From Elusimicrobiota bacterium (lineage in GTDB: Bacteria; RUG730; JBDRED01), in contig JBDRED010000025.1 of NCBI GenBank assembly GCA_043820025.1, positions 1 through 56,621 on the forward strand: a stretch of DNA of 56,621 bases, written 5' to 3'. This document shows positions 1-9,605 of this stretch, one piece after another. Below the pieces are notes generated by a model, which was given only the letters and a program-made list of their open reading frames with translations, was not told where the DNA came from and made no database searches. A program made the translations under genes and the position numbers. Numbering within the stretch: the stretch's first letter is position 1; each line of letters begins with the position of its first letter.

Positions 1-4
1 TATT

Positions 5-3000
5 ATGGCAGATGGTGATGCTGTTAGATATGATTTAGGGCAGTCTCAAACAACTTATAATTGCGTAGAAAATAGTTTTGTTATGGTAAGCTCAGGAGCA
101 ACTTCTAATTATTATCAAGTAGGATTATTTGGGAAATCTATAGCGTCATTTGTGGGAACAGGACGAGTCGGTATTGGAGAAACAGCGCCGGAGTCTGCGA
201 TGGAAATAACCTCAGCTTCACCTATAATAACATTGCATAATTCAACAAATCAGGACACAAATAACGGGAGAGAATCAAGATTAGAATTTAAAGGTCAGCA
301 ATCCGGGGGAGAAGAAACTTCTCTTGCGAGATTAGCTGTTTCTCATTCCGGAACTTCAGATGATGAAAAAGGACAAATGGTATTTAGGGTTAATGATGGG
401 AATGACGGGGCTAGTCCTTCTGAAAAGATGAGAATAACTGATACGGGAAACGTAGGAATAGCAACTTCTATTCCAATTGGAAGATTACAAGTGTCGGGAG
501 ACACTGTGATAGGCGGTGGAACATCATTATTGCGAATGCTTGGAGCTGGCGGAGCATTATATATACAACCATCATCATCAACAGTTACAGGTTCTTCAGC
601 TGATTTATATTTTTCAAATTGGTATCAAGGCACCCCAAAACTTGTAATTAAAGCAGGCGGGAATATTGGAGTAGGCACATCAGAACCCGGCGAACCATTA
701 AATGTGATAGGAGATATTTCTTCCAGCACTACGATTTATGCGCCTATAGGAGATTTTTCTGATATATATGTTTCGACAATAAATACAAAGTCGCCGTTAT
801 ATATAAATAATACGGCAAATAATGTTTTAATAACAGGGACAGGTAATATGGGTATAGGGAATACAAATCCAAATGAGAAGTTGGATGTTATAGGAGATAT
901 TTCTTCCAGCACTACGATTTATGCGCCTATAGGCGATTTTACTAATGTATATGTGTCAACTATATACTCAAAATCTCCTTTGCAATTCGCGACTAACGGA
1001 ATAAATAGAATGACATTAAATGACAACGGTTATGTTGGAATAGGGTCAACAAATCCGGCAAGCCCATTAGATGTAATAGTCCCAAATGGCGGCGCGGCTA
1101 GGATTCAAACAAGTACACTTGGTAATGAAGAATCAGCATTTCTTAATTTTCAGGGAAGAGGGATTATTGGATACTCAAGTTTTACGGCAATGGGATTATC
1201 CGGTCTTGAAATGCGTACTCCGAGCAAACATATATTAATCAATACGAATGATACGATTTTAGATAATTACATATTTATAAATGGAACCAGCAGTGATTAT
1301 ATAAAATTTGGCACGTTTGGAACAGAGAGAGTGATAATTAGTTCCAGCGGTTATCTGGGAATAGGCACAACGAATCCCGGAGCGTTATTATCTTTAAATA
1401 ACAGTCTGGGAAATACCAAATTAGCATTATTTGATGGGGGAAGCACATTTTATGGCATGGGAATACAATCCAATCAATTTAGGCTTCATGTTGGAAATAA
1501 TAGCGGAAGATTTTCGTTTTTAGACGCGCCTAGCGGGAATGAATTGCTTACAATTAAGGGAACAGGCAATGTAGGAATAGGTACAACAGAGCCCAGCGTT
1601 TTGTTGCATTTAGAAAAAGATTATTCAGTTACAACGGTTATATCAAAGATATATGATCCGGCAATGAGCGCTGGCCATGCTTTAAGAATCAATTTGGGAA
1701 ATGCGGATTCAACAAATAATTCAGCTCAAATAAGTTATACTCATGTGGGTTTAGGATCAGCATCTAATTATTTAAGCCTTGGTATGTATGGAACTCTAGA
1801 TACTCTTAATGTAACCGGAAACAGCCGCGTAGGTTTAGGCACAACATCTCCGGCTGAAAGACTCGAGGTAAATGGAAATATTACATTCTCAGGCACTGAA
1901 GGAAATATAAAAAAGATAAACGAACTTGAAGGAGCAAATGATTTGAAATTGTCCGGAGATGCGACTAATGATGCAGATATATATATTCATGCAAATGGCA
2001 ATGTGGGAATAGCTACTACAAATCCTGCGGCAAAACTATACGTTAAGGGAGCAGGCGGCACAAATACAGGAGTTATCGTTGCTTATGAAACTACAGATAA
2101 TTGGGTGCACGGCGGGCCGTCTGCAAATCCGACTACCGCGCTAAAATTATACAGAGAAGGGCATACAAGCGAATCTTACGCAAATGCAGTTGATTTTAAT
2201 CTGCTGAGATATGAAGATTCATCCACTAATTCAAGGACCAGGATGGATATTAAATTAGCCAATGTCACTGCTGCTCCTGATACGAATGTTATGACCTTAT
2301 TATCTAATGGTAATGTGGGAATAGGAACAACAGCTCCAGCTCAAATACTCCAAATAAAGGGGACAACAAATACACCTGTGTTATTAATTGAACCATTATC
2401 ATGGTCTTCCGGAAATTCCAGCGAGGTAAGGCTTGGTGACACAGCTCATTATCTAAAAGCTACACATTCAGGCGGTATGATAATTTATGATTTAGATAAG
2501 ATTAATTTAGAAGGATCCAATGTTGGCATAGGAACTGCAAATCCGGCAAAAAAACTTCATGTAAACGGAGATATACAGATAGAAGGCGTGCTTATAAGTC
2601 ATAATATTGATTCAGGCGACGGCCCTTCTATGGTATGGAAGGATACGGTTCATACTATGGCGAAATACAGTTCTTCCGCTAGATATAAGGAAAATATTGA
2701 GGTTTTCAAGGATGATTTTTATAAAATTCTTACTCTTGAGCCTAAGATATATAACAGAAAGAACGATCCATTGAAGAAAAAAGAGATTGGATATATAGCA
2801 GAGGAGATGGATGCTGCAGGATTAAACTATCTTGTATTCTACGATGAACAAGGCAGGCCTGATTCAATTAATGATAAGAAAATTGCTGTGTATACCAATG
2901 AGATTGTTAAAGACAATATCAAAAAAATTGAAGATCAGAAAGATGAAATTGATATGTTGAAAGATGAAAATAAGGAACTCAGGGCTAGGGTAGAGGAGAT

Positions 3001-3022
3001 TGAGAGTTTGTTAAATAAATAA
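5..3022 (+). CDS. Large GNVGIG-repeat fibre/adhesin-like protein with C-terminal peptidase S74 intramolecular chaperone domain (probably 5'-truncated by the window edge)
   Basis: About 11 G[NYR]xG[IVL][GA]x repeats; C-terminal SSSARYKENI...IGYIAEE followed by a coiled coil, typical of S74 domains; frame is open at the window start. Confidence 0.85.
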   Translation: MADGDAVRYDLGQSQTTYNCVENSFVMVSSGATSNYYQVGLFGKSIASFVGTGRVGIGETAPESAMEITSASPIITLHNSTNQDTNNGRESRLEFKGQQSGGEETSLARLAVSHSGTSDDEKGQMVFRVNDGNDGASPSEKMRITDTGNVGIATSIPIGRLQVSGDTVIGGGTSLLRMLGAGGALYIQPSSSTVTGSSADLYFSNWYQGTPKLVIKAGGNIGVGTSEPGEPLNVIGDISSSTTIYAPIGDFSDIYVSTINTKSPLYINNTANNVLITGTGNMGIGNTNPNEKLDVIGDISSSTTIYAPIGDFTNVYVSTIYSKSPLQFATNGINRMTLNDNGYVGIGSTNPASPLDVIVPNGGAARIQTSTLGNEESAFLNFQGRGIIGYSSFTAMGLSGLEMRTPSKHILINTNDTILDNYIFINGTSSDYIKFGTFGTERVIISSSGYLGIGTTNPGALLSLNNSLGNTKLALFDGGSTFYGMGIQSNQFRLHVGNNSGRFSFLDAPSGNELLTIKGTGNVGIGTTEPSVLLHLEKDYSVTTVISKIYDPAMSAGHALRINLGNADSTNNSAQISYTHVGLGSASNYLSLGMYGTLDTLNVTGNSRVGLGTTSPAERLEVNGNITFSGTEGNIKKINELEGANDLKLSGDATNDADIYIHANGNVGIATTNPAAKLYVKGAGGTNTGVIVAYETTDNWVHGGPSANPTTALKLYREGHTSESYANAVDFNLLRYEDSSTNSRTRMDIKLANVTAAPDTNVMTLLSNGNVGIGTTAPAQILQIKGTTNTPVLLIEPLSWSSGNSSEVRLGDTAHYLKATHSGGMIIYDLDKINLEGSNVGIGTANPAKKLHVNGDIQIEGVLISHNIDSGDGPSMVWKDTVHTMAKYSSSARYKENIEVFKDDFYKILTLEPKIYNRKNDPLKKKEIGYIAEEMDAAGLNYLVFYDEQGRPDSINDKKIAVYTNEIVKDNIKKIEDQKDEIDMLKDENKELRARVEEIESLLNK
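707..933 (+). repeat. 44-bp exact direct repeat (707-750 and 890-933) inside the fibre gene
   Basis: ataggagatatttcttccagcactacgatttatgcgcctatagg occurs twice, 183 bp apart, encoding IGDISSSTTIYAPIG. Confidence 0.95.
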
Positions 3023-3036
3023 AATTTATTAAAATC

Positions 3037-3120
3037 TGCCCGAGGTGAGATTTGAACTCACAAGGCCCAGAGGCCAGCGGTGTTTGAGACCGCCGCGTAT
3101 ACCAATTCCGCCACTCGGGC
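3037..3120 (-). tRNA. tRNA-Leu(CAA)
   Basis: Reverse complement GCCCGAGTGGCGGAATTGGTATACGCGGCGGTCTCAAACACCGC...GAGTTCAAATCTCACCTCGGGCA; anticodon CAA, long variable arm; CCA not encoded. Confidence 0.97.
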
Positions 3121-3153
3121 ATAAAAAAGCAATAATCATTTCTTATGAAAATC

Positions 3154-3182
3154 AATATATCGTATATGCCGGCCAAAGTCAA
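3154..3182 (-). promoter_or_regulatory. sigma70-type promoter for tRNA-Leu
   Basis: TTGACT-17 nt-TATATT on the minus strand. Confidence 0.65.
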
Positions 3183-3293
3183 GAAATATGGAGTTTAAAG
3201 TAACCGAATTTTGGGGTCTGTCCCTCAAGTTCGGAAATTATTCTCCTTGTCTTGCTTTCTTGGAATAGATATAATATTTTTGAGGTTGTTATT

Positions 3294-4394
3294 ATGAATA
3301 AAAAAATATTTATTTCCTGCGGAGATGTTTCAGGGGATTTACACGCGTCTTATTTGGTGAAAAAACTCTTGAGCAAGCGTTCTGACATTAGTATTTCAGC
3401 GATTGGCGGAGACAGCTTAAAATCATGTAATGTGGAATTTCTTAAGGATATAGTTAATGCCGAAGGCTTTGGATTTAGCGGGATAATAAAAAAATATAGA
3501 TTTTTTAAAAATATTTTAAATAGCATTATAATTCCTTTATTTATAAATAATAAGCCAAATTTAGTGATATTGGTTGATTTTTATGGTTTTAATATTCACG
3601 TCGCTAAAACAGCAAAAATGTTTCGCATTCCGGTAGTTTATTACATTAGCCCGCAGGTTTGGGCGTCAAGAAGATGGAGAATAAAGAAGCTTGAGAAGTA
3701 TGTTGATCATATGATTCTTATATTTCCATTTGAAACAAAAGTCTATAAAGGTTCAAAGATTAAAACAACTTATGTCGGGCATCCGTTTATTGATATATTG
3801 GAAAAATACTCAGTTAATAATCAGCCTGAGGAAATTATAGGTATTTTTCCCGGAAGCAGAAAACAAGAGGTGCTAAGGCTTTTGCCTGTTATGTGCAGTA
3901 TTTTTGAAGATATGGATATAGGAAAGCATAGGCTTGCTGTATTTGCCGCTCCAAATATTGATTTGGAATATATTAAAACAATAATAAAAAAATACAAATT
4001 GGAAGATAAAACAGAAATAATCAACGGGTCTGATTACGATAAGAGAAGCAGGCTCAAAATGTGTTTAATTAGTTCCGGAAGCGCTACGGTAGAAACAATG
4101 ATTATGGGCGTGCCTATGATAATAATGTATAAACTGCCGAGCATATCTTACTTTATTGCTAAGCTTATTGTTAAAGTAAAATATATTGGAATGCCAAATA
4201 TTTTAGCGAATAAGATGATAGTTCCGGAATTTATTCAAAATATTAATATAGAGTCTGTAAGAGCGCTTTTAAAAATGTGGTTTTTTAGCTATGAACTTAG
4301 TAAAATAAAAAATAATCTTTCAAAAACAACACAATTGTTGGGCGAGCAGGGCGTAATTGAAAGAGCTGTTGAAGTTATTGAAAATTATTTATAG
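3294..4394 (+). CDS. lpxB: Lipid-A-disaccharide synthase
   Basis: GDVSGDLHA, YYISPQVWASR, YVGHP and FPGSR motifs; ATG at 3294 preferred over the upstream TTG. Confidence 0.93.
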   Translation: MNKKIFISCGDVSGDLHASYLVKKLLSKRSDISISAIGGDSLKSCNVEFLKDIVNAEGFGFSGIIKKYRFFKNILNSIIIPLFINNKPNLVILVDFYGFNIHVAKTAKMFRIPVVYYISPQVWASRRWRIKKLEKYVDHMILIFPFETKVYKGSKIKTTYVGHPFIDILEKYSVNNQPEEIIGIFPGSRKQEVLRLLPVMCSIFEDMDIGKHRLAVFAAPNIDLEYIKTIIKKYKLEDKTEIINGSDYDKRSRLKMCLISSGSATVETMIMGVPMIIMYKLPSISYFIAKLIVKVKYIGMPNILANKMIVPEFIQNINIESVRALLKMWFFSYELSKIKNNLSKTTQLLGEQGVIERAVEVIENYL

Positions 4395-4413
4395 AGACAG
4401 TAAGTTATAATAA

Positions 4414-4442
4414 TTGATTTTTATAAAGGAATAGAATATAAT
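4414..4442 (+). promoter_or_regulatory. sigma70-type promoter of the zapB-zapA operon
   Basis: TTGATT-17 nt-TATAAT ending 5 nt before the ATG at 4448. Confidence 0.6.
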
Positions 4443-4447
4443 ATAAT

Positions 4448-4696
4448 ATGGATAAGATAAATGTTTTGGAAGAAAAAGTAATTAAAGCGGTTAAAGCTAT
4501 AAAAAAGCTCAAGGAGGAAAATTCAAGGCTGATAGATCAGATGGAAAAGGCTGTTCTGGAAGCAAAAGCTAAAGATTTTGAGAATAAAAAATTACGCTAC
4601 AATAATAAGGAATACGAAAGGTTAAGAGATATACAAGGAGAATTAAAAAGAAGGTTAAAAAAGCTTTATGAAAAGCTTGTGAAATATCAGGCATAG
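4448..4696 (+). CDS. zapB: ZapB-like coiled-coil cell division protein
   Basis: 82-aa coiled coil (LEEKV..AV..I..LKEEN) directly upstream of zapA. Confidence 0.65.
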   Translation: MDKINVLEEKVIKAVKAIKKLKEENSRLIDQMEKAVLEAKAKDFENKKLRYNNKEYERLRDIQGELKRRLKKLYEKLVKYQA

Positions 4697-4705
4697 GTGA
4701 GAATA

Positions 4706-4987
4706 ATGGCAGATAAGATGTTAATTAAAATAATGAATAGAGATTATTACATAAACGACAACGGAGACCCATTATACATGAACGCTATTGCCAGATATGT
4801 TGAAAATAAAATGAAGGAAGCTGCTGAAAAGGATAATATCGTTGACACCAGCAGGCTGGCTGTGCACGCGGCATTAACGATTACGGGTGAATTATTTAAG
4901 TATAAAGATAAAGAAGACGAGCTAAAAGGAATCAATGAGTATAGAGTTGACAAATTATTACAAGAATTGGACGAGGTTTTAACTTAG
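4706..4987 (+). CDS. zapA: Cell division protein ZapA
   Basis: I.IMNRDY...IARYVENKM...RLAVHAALTI pattern; lies upstream of 6S RNA. Confidence 0.85.
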   Translation: MADKMLIKIMNRDYYINDNGDPLYMNAIARYVENKMKEAAEKDNIVDTSRLAVHAALTITGELFKYKDKEDELKGINEYRVDKLLQELDEVLT

Positions 4988-5001
4988 TCTTAAATAATAT
5001 T

Positions 5002-5152
5002 ACCCTGCGATGCGCGCGATGTACAGCTTTTGTTTTGCCTATGAGCAACAAAAAGGGAGTTCGGAGTCGCTTCTAGCCTTGGCTTTTAGCGCAGGACACC
5101 CACTTATTTTTTTGGTGCTTAACAAGGTTGTATACACGGCATATGCGGGGTT
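5002..5152 (+). ncRNA. ssrS: 6S RNA
   Basis: Canonical position after zapA; 5' ACCCTGCGATGC pairs with 3' GCATATGCGGGGT; internal AAGGGAG and CACCCAC elements; followed by a T-run. Confidence 0.8.
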
Positions 5153-5230
5153 TTTTTATTTATATTCATTGAACCAGGCTCTCAATGGACTAACTCAGGA
5201 TGCAACTTAACAGAATAAAGGAAATAGAAT

Positions 5231-6550
5231 ATGAAAGACTTATTTATTAAGGAAAAAAATAAAAATATAGTCAGGCCGTTAGCGTATAGAATGAGGCCAT
5301 TAAAGCTTGAAGACTATTTTGGCCAGGAGCATTTAGTTGGAAAGGATAAGATACTCTATAACCTTATACAAAATGACGCGCTGTCCTCAATGATATTTTT
5401 TGGGCCGTCCGGAAGCGGGAAGACAGCTCTTGTTAAGATTATTTCTGAAGCGACAAATACTGCTGTAAAAGAAATAAACGCTGTAACGGCCGGCGTAGCT
5501 GATCTCAGGAAAACAATTGACTCTGCGAGCGAATATTTGGATATACATGGCAAGGGAATGCTTGTTATGATTGATGAGATTCATCATTTTAACAGAAGCC
5601 AGCAGGACGCTCTGCTTCCGGCAATGGAAAATGGCACTGTTATAGTTATTGGCCTTACTACCGAAAATCCTTATTTTTACATAAATAACGCTTTATTATC
5701 GCGCGCTACTGTCTGTGAATTTAAGCCTTTATCTGAAGATAATTTAAAAGGAATTATTAAGAATGCCATAAGCAATGAGGAGAACGGATTAGGCGGGTAT
5801 AATATTGAATATACAGACGAGGTTTTAAGTTTTATTGTAAGATTTGTTAATGGTGACGCGAGGTATGCTCTAAATATTATAGAGAATGTTGCGCAGTCAC
5901 AGCCCAAAAATTCAAAAATAATAATTAACAAGGAGCATATAGAGGAATGTGTTGGGAAAAGAGTAGTACAGTATGATAAAAACGGCGATCAGCATTATGA
6001 TGTTATTTCCGCTTTTATAAAAAGTATGAGGGGCAGCGATCCGGACGCTGCATTGTATTGGCTTGCTGTAATGCTAAGAGGCGGCGAAGATCCGAGGTTT
6101 ATAGCAAGACGAATTGCTATTCTTGCTGCTGAGGATGTTGGCAATGCGGCGCCTATGGCATTGTGTGTTGCGCAGTCTGCCTGGGATCTGGTAGAGCGTG
6201 TGGGAATGCCTGAGGCTAGAATAATTCTTGCGCAGGCTGTTACAATGGTAACATCCTGCCCAAAAAGTAATGCCAGTTATTTGGGTATTGACTCTGCGCT
6301 GGCTGATGTTGATAATAAGAAGATTGAAGCTGTGCCGAATCATTTAAAGGATGCGAATTTGGATAAGGACGCGCTGGGCCATGGTAAGGGATATAAATAT
6401 CCGCATGAATATCCTGATCATTTCGTAAAACAAAAATATCGCGGTAATTTCTTTTCCGGAGAATACTATAAACCTACTAATGTAGGCAAGGAAAAGATTT
6501 TTAGAGAAAGGCTTAACGCGATTTGGGGAATCTCAGATGAAGAAAAATGA
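5231..6550 (+). CDS. rarA: Replication-associated recombination protein A (MgsA/RarA AAA+ ATPase)
   Basis: PLAYRMRP, Walker A GPSGSGKT, DEIHHF, HYDVISAFIKSMRGSDPDAA, YKYPH. Confidence 0.95.
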   Translation: MKDLFIKEKNKNIVRPLAYRMRPLKLEDYFGQEHLVGKDKILYNLIQNDALSSMIFFGPSGSGKTALVKIISEATNTAVKEINAVTAGVADLRKTIDSASEYLDIHGKGMLVMIDEIHHFNRSQQDALLPAMENGTVIVIGLTTENPYFYINNALLSRATVCEFKPLSEDNLKGIIKNAISNEENGLGGYNIEYTDEVLSFIVRFVNGDARYALNIIENVAQSQPKNSKIIINKEHIEECVGKRVVQYDKNGDQHYDVISAFIKSMRGSDPDAALYWLAVMLRGGEDPRFIARRIAILAAEDVGNAAPMALCVAQSAWDLVERVGMPEARIILAQAVTMVTSCPKSNASYLGIDSALADVDNKKIEAVPNHLKDANLDKDALGHGKGYKYPHEYPDHFVKQKYRGNFFSGEYYKPTNVGKEKIFRERLNAIWGISDEEK

Positions 6551-7127
6551 ATTAAGAAATAAAATTTTAGAGAAAAGACGGCGTATGGATTCAAGAGAGC
6601 TTTCGGTAATTAGCGCGCGCGCAAATGAAGCGCTGAGTAGTTTGGATTTACTGCATGACGCCAGGTCAGTTATGGTATACTCGTCATTTGAAAATGAGGT
6701 GGATACTTGGAGTTTTATTGAACAGACAATAAGTTCAAAGGGTTATGTAGTATTACCAAAAATTAAAGGCTGCGCGGGCTTAGCGGCTTACAAAATTACT
6801 GATATAAGTCATCTGGTAATGAGCGGATTAGGGATTAAGGAACCGGACGAGTCTGTTTGTGAAACTGTTGAGATTAGTGATTTAGATCTTATTATTGTTC
6901 CGGGAGTTGTTTTTGGGAGATGCGGCGGCAGAATAGGAAGAGGGAAAGGGTATTACGATAATTTTTTAAAGGAAGCTGATGGCGTTATTTCTATTGTAGG
7001 TTTAGCATTTGATTTTCAAGTGTTTGATAAAGTCCCCCAGCATGAGAATGATGTTCGTATGGATAGAATTGTTACAGAAAAAGAAATTATAATGTGCAAA
7101 AAACACAGAAAGGAGAATAGAGAATGA
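6537..7127 (+). CDS. ygfA: 5-formyltetrahydrofolate cyclo-ligase
   Basis: [22 protein letters not shown] and HDV-like C-terminal motif. Confidence 0.92.
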   Translation: MKKNELRNKILEKRRRMDSRELSVISARANEALSSLDLLHDARSVMVYSSFENEVDTWSFIEQTISSKGYVVLPKIKGCAGLAAYKITDISHLVMSGLGIKEPDESVCETVEISDLDLIIVPGVVFGRCGGRIGRGKGYYDNFLKEADGVISIVGLAFDFQVFDKVPQHENDVRMDRIVTEKEIIMCKKHRKENRE

Positions 7128-8677
7128 ATAGTTTAATAGTCATAGGAGCAGTAGTTGTCGGTATTATACTTGGCTATATTGCCAGAGTATTAGCCGCAAA
7201 ATCAAGTTTAAGTTCTGCTGAACAGCAGGCGAAAACTATTTTAAGTAATGCTAAGAGAGACGCAGAAGCGCATAAGAAAGAGATGACTCTGGAAGTGAAA
7301 GACGAAATGTATAAAAATCGTCAGGAATTTGAAAGAGAAACAAAGGATAGGCGCGCAGAGCTGCAGCAGTATGAGAAAAGATTAGGCCAGAGAGAAGAAG
7401 GTATTAATAGTAAACAGGATTTATTGGAAAAGAAGGATAGAGAACTTAAAAATGCGGAAGCGTTACTTTTTAATAAGGATAGGCTGCTTAATGAGGAGAT
7501 CGAGAATGTTCGTAAAGAGAGAGAGGAACAGAAAAATGTTCTTCAGCGCGTTGCGAATATGAGCCCTGAAGAAGCAAAAAAAATATTAATGAAGAACATG
7601 GAAGATGAAGCGCGGCATGAAGCTATGGGGACTTTTAAAAAGATTGAACAGGAACTCAAGGATAACGCTGATAAAAAAGCTAAAGAGATTATTTCGCTCG
7701 CGATTCAGCGCTGCGCAGCTGATTATACGGCCGAAATTACAGTTACCGCTGTTACAATACCAAGCGATGAAATGAAAGGAAGGATAATAGGCAGGGAAGG
7801 CCGCAATATCCGCGCTTTTGAAGTAGCGACAGGAGTTGACTTAGTTGTTGATGATACGCCTGAAGCGATTACTATAAGCTCATTTGACGGAATAAGGCGC
7901 GAGGTTGCGCGCGTTTCTCTTGAGCGTCTTATTGCCGACGGGCGTATCCATCCGGCGCGTATCGAAGAGGTTGTTGAGCGTGTTAAAAAGGAGATGGAAG
8001 TATATCTTAAAGATGTTGGAGAGCAGGCGGCGCTTGAGGCCGGAGTATCAGGACTGCCGCAGGAAGTTATTAAATTATTAGGTAGATTAAAATATAGAAC
8101 CAGTTATGGCCAAAATGTGCTTCAGCACTCGCTTGAGGTAGCGCATTTAGCAAAGGTAATGTCCGAAGAGCTTGGCCTTGACACAGCTTTGTGCGTAAAG
8201 GCCGGTTTATTGCATGATATAGGAAAGTCAATGGACCATGATGTTGAGGGAACACATACTCAGATTGGAGCAGACATACTTAAAAAACATAATTTCCATC
8301 CTAAGCTGATCAACGCAGTGCTTGCGCATCACGAGGGCGAGGTAAAGCCTGAGACGCCTGAGGCTGTAATTATTGCCGCTGCTGACGCTATATCAGCTGC
8401 TCGGCCCGGAGCTCGACGCGAATCATTGGAATTCTATCTTAAACGAATGGATAAGCTTGAGACAATAGCTGACGGGTTTAAGGGCGTTGAGAAGGCTTAT
8501 GCTATACAGGCCGGTAGAGAAGTGAGAATTATTGTGCGTCCTGACGTTATAAATGATGACGGAGCATTGATTTTGGCAAAGGATATAGCTAAGAAGATTG
8601 AGGGAGAGGTAGAGTATCCTGGACAGATAAAGGTTACGGTTATAAGAGAGACACGCGCTACAGGCGTAGCAAAGTAA
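7124..8677 (+). CDS. rny: Ribonuclease Y
   Basis: N-terminal TM segment, coiled coil, KH domain ([13 protein letters not shown]), HD domain (LLHDIGK), AIQAGREVR. Confidence 0.98.
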   Translation: MNSLIVIGAVVVGIILGYIARVLAAKSSLSSAEQQAKTILSNAKRDAEAHKKEMTLEVKDEMYKNRQEFERETKDRRAELQQYEKRLGQREEGINSKQDLLEKKDRELKNAEALLFNKDRLLNEEIENVRKEREEQKNVLQRVANMSPEEAKKILMKNMEDEARHEAMGTFKKIEQELKDNADKKAKEIISLAIQRCAADYTAEITVTAVTIPSDEMKGRIIGREGRNIRAFEVATGVDLVVDDTPEAITISSFDGIRREVARVSLERLIADGRIHPARIEEVVERVKKEMEVYLKDVGEQAALEAGVSGLPQEVIKLLGRLKYRTSYGQNVLQHSLEVAHLAKVMSEELGLDTALCVKAGLLHDIGKSMDHDVEGTHTQIGADILKKHNFHPKLINAVLAHHEGEVKPETPEAVIIAAADAISAARPGARRESLEFYLKRMDKLETIADGFKGVEKAYAIQAGREVRIIVRPDVINDDGALILAKDIAKKIEGEVEYPGQIKVTVIRETRATGVAK

Positions 8678-8810
8678 TTGAAGATAGAAGTCAGAATACA
8701 GAAGAATTATAATAGGAAATGAAAATGCGGACAGGGTTACAAACCCAGTCCGGCAAAGGTACGGCAAAGAGTTTATTGGGTTTTAACTCATTAACTTTAA
8801 GGATGTTATA

Positions 8811-9605
8811 ATGAAAATTATTTTTATTGCGGATATTATTGGAAAACCGGGCAGAGCAGTACTGAGTAAAGAATTGCCTCTATTGATTCATGAAGAATGC
8901 CCTGACCTTGTTATTGCAAACGGCGAGAATGCTGCTGCCGGATTTGGCATTACGCCCGATGTCGCAAAGGAACTTTTTGAAAACAAGATAGATGTAATTA
9001 CTCTTGGCAACCATACATGGGATAAAAAAGAAGTTGCTTCATTGCTTGATGATCCCGGAATCGTGCGTCCTGCAAATTATCCTGAAGGCGTCAAAGGAAA
9101 AGGTTATACTATTGTTGAGACAAAGAAAGGCCAAAAGGTTGGGGTGTTAAACTTAATGGGGCGCGTATTCATGAACAGTATTGATTGCCCGTTTAAAAAG
9201 GCAGACGCTGTTATTGAAGAAATTAAGAAGGAAACGCAGTATATTATTGTGGATGTTCATGCTGAGGCTACCTCAGAAAAAAACGCGCTTGGCTGGTATT
9301 TAGACGGAAGAGTAAGCGCTGTTTTGGGCACGCATACGCATGTGCAAACTTCCGACGATAAAATACTTCCGCGAGGGACCGCTTATATAACGGATGTCGG
9401 AATGACCGGTTCGCAGGATTCAGTAATTGGAATAAAAAAAGAAATCATAATAGAAAAATTTCTAAAGCAGGTGCCGATAAAGTATGAAGTAAATGATAAA
9501 AAACTTGTTTTAGAGGGTGTAATTGTTAATATTGATGATAAGTCCGGCAAAGCTGTTTCAATAAAAAGATTACGAAAAGGGGATATGTATGGAAATTCAA
9601 GATAA
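8811..9605 (+). CDS. ymdB: YmdB-like metallophosphoesterase (TIGR00282-type)
   Basis: NGENAAAGFG, GNH, DVHAEATSEK, GTHTHV; follows rny. Confidence 0.93.
   Translation: MKIIFIADIIGKPGRAVLSKELPLLIHEECPDLVIANGENAAAGFGITPDVAKELFENKIDVITLGNHTWDKKEVASLLDDPGIVRPANYPEGVKGKGYTIVETKKGQKVGVLNLMGRVFMNSIDCPFKKADAVIEEIKKETQYIIVDVHAEATSEKNALGWYLDGRVSAVLGTHTHVQTSDDKILPRGTAYITDVGMTGSQDSVIGIKKEIIIEKFLKQVPIKYEVNDKKLVLEGVIVNIDDKSGKAVSIKRLRKGDMYGNSR

Noticed and set aside
5-3022. Prophage tail gene or DGR target
   Set aside because: No other phage genes or reverse transcriptase in the window; mismatches flanking the 44-bp repeat are not adenine-specific
2985-3182. 65-aa minus-strand ORF
   Set aside because: It is a translation of the tRNA-Leu gene and its promoter
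5010-5210. 66-aa ORF
   Set aside because: Overlaps the 6S RNA; no RBS and no recognisable motif
8727-8770. c-di-GMP-I riboswitch suggested by the GGCAAA motifs
   Set aside because: Lacks the GGCAAAC...GAAA tetraloop/receptor architecture
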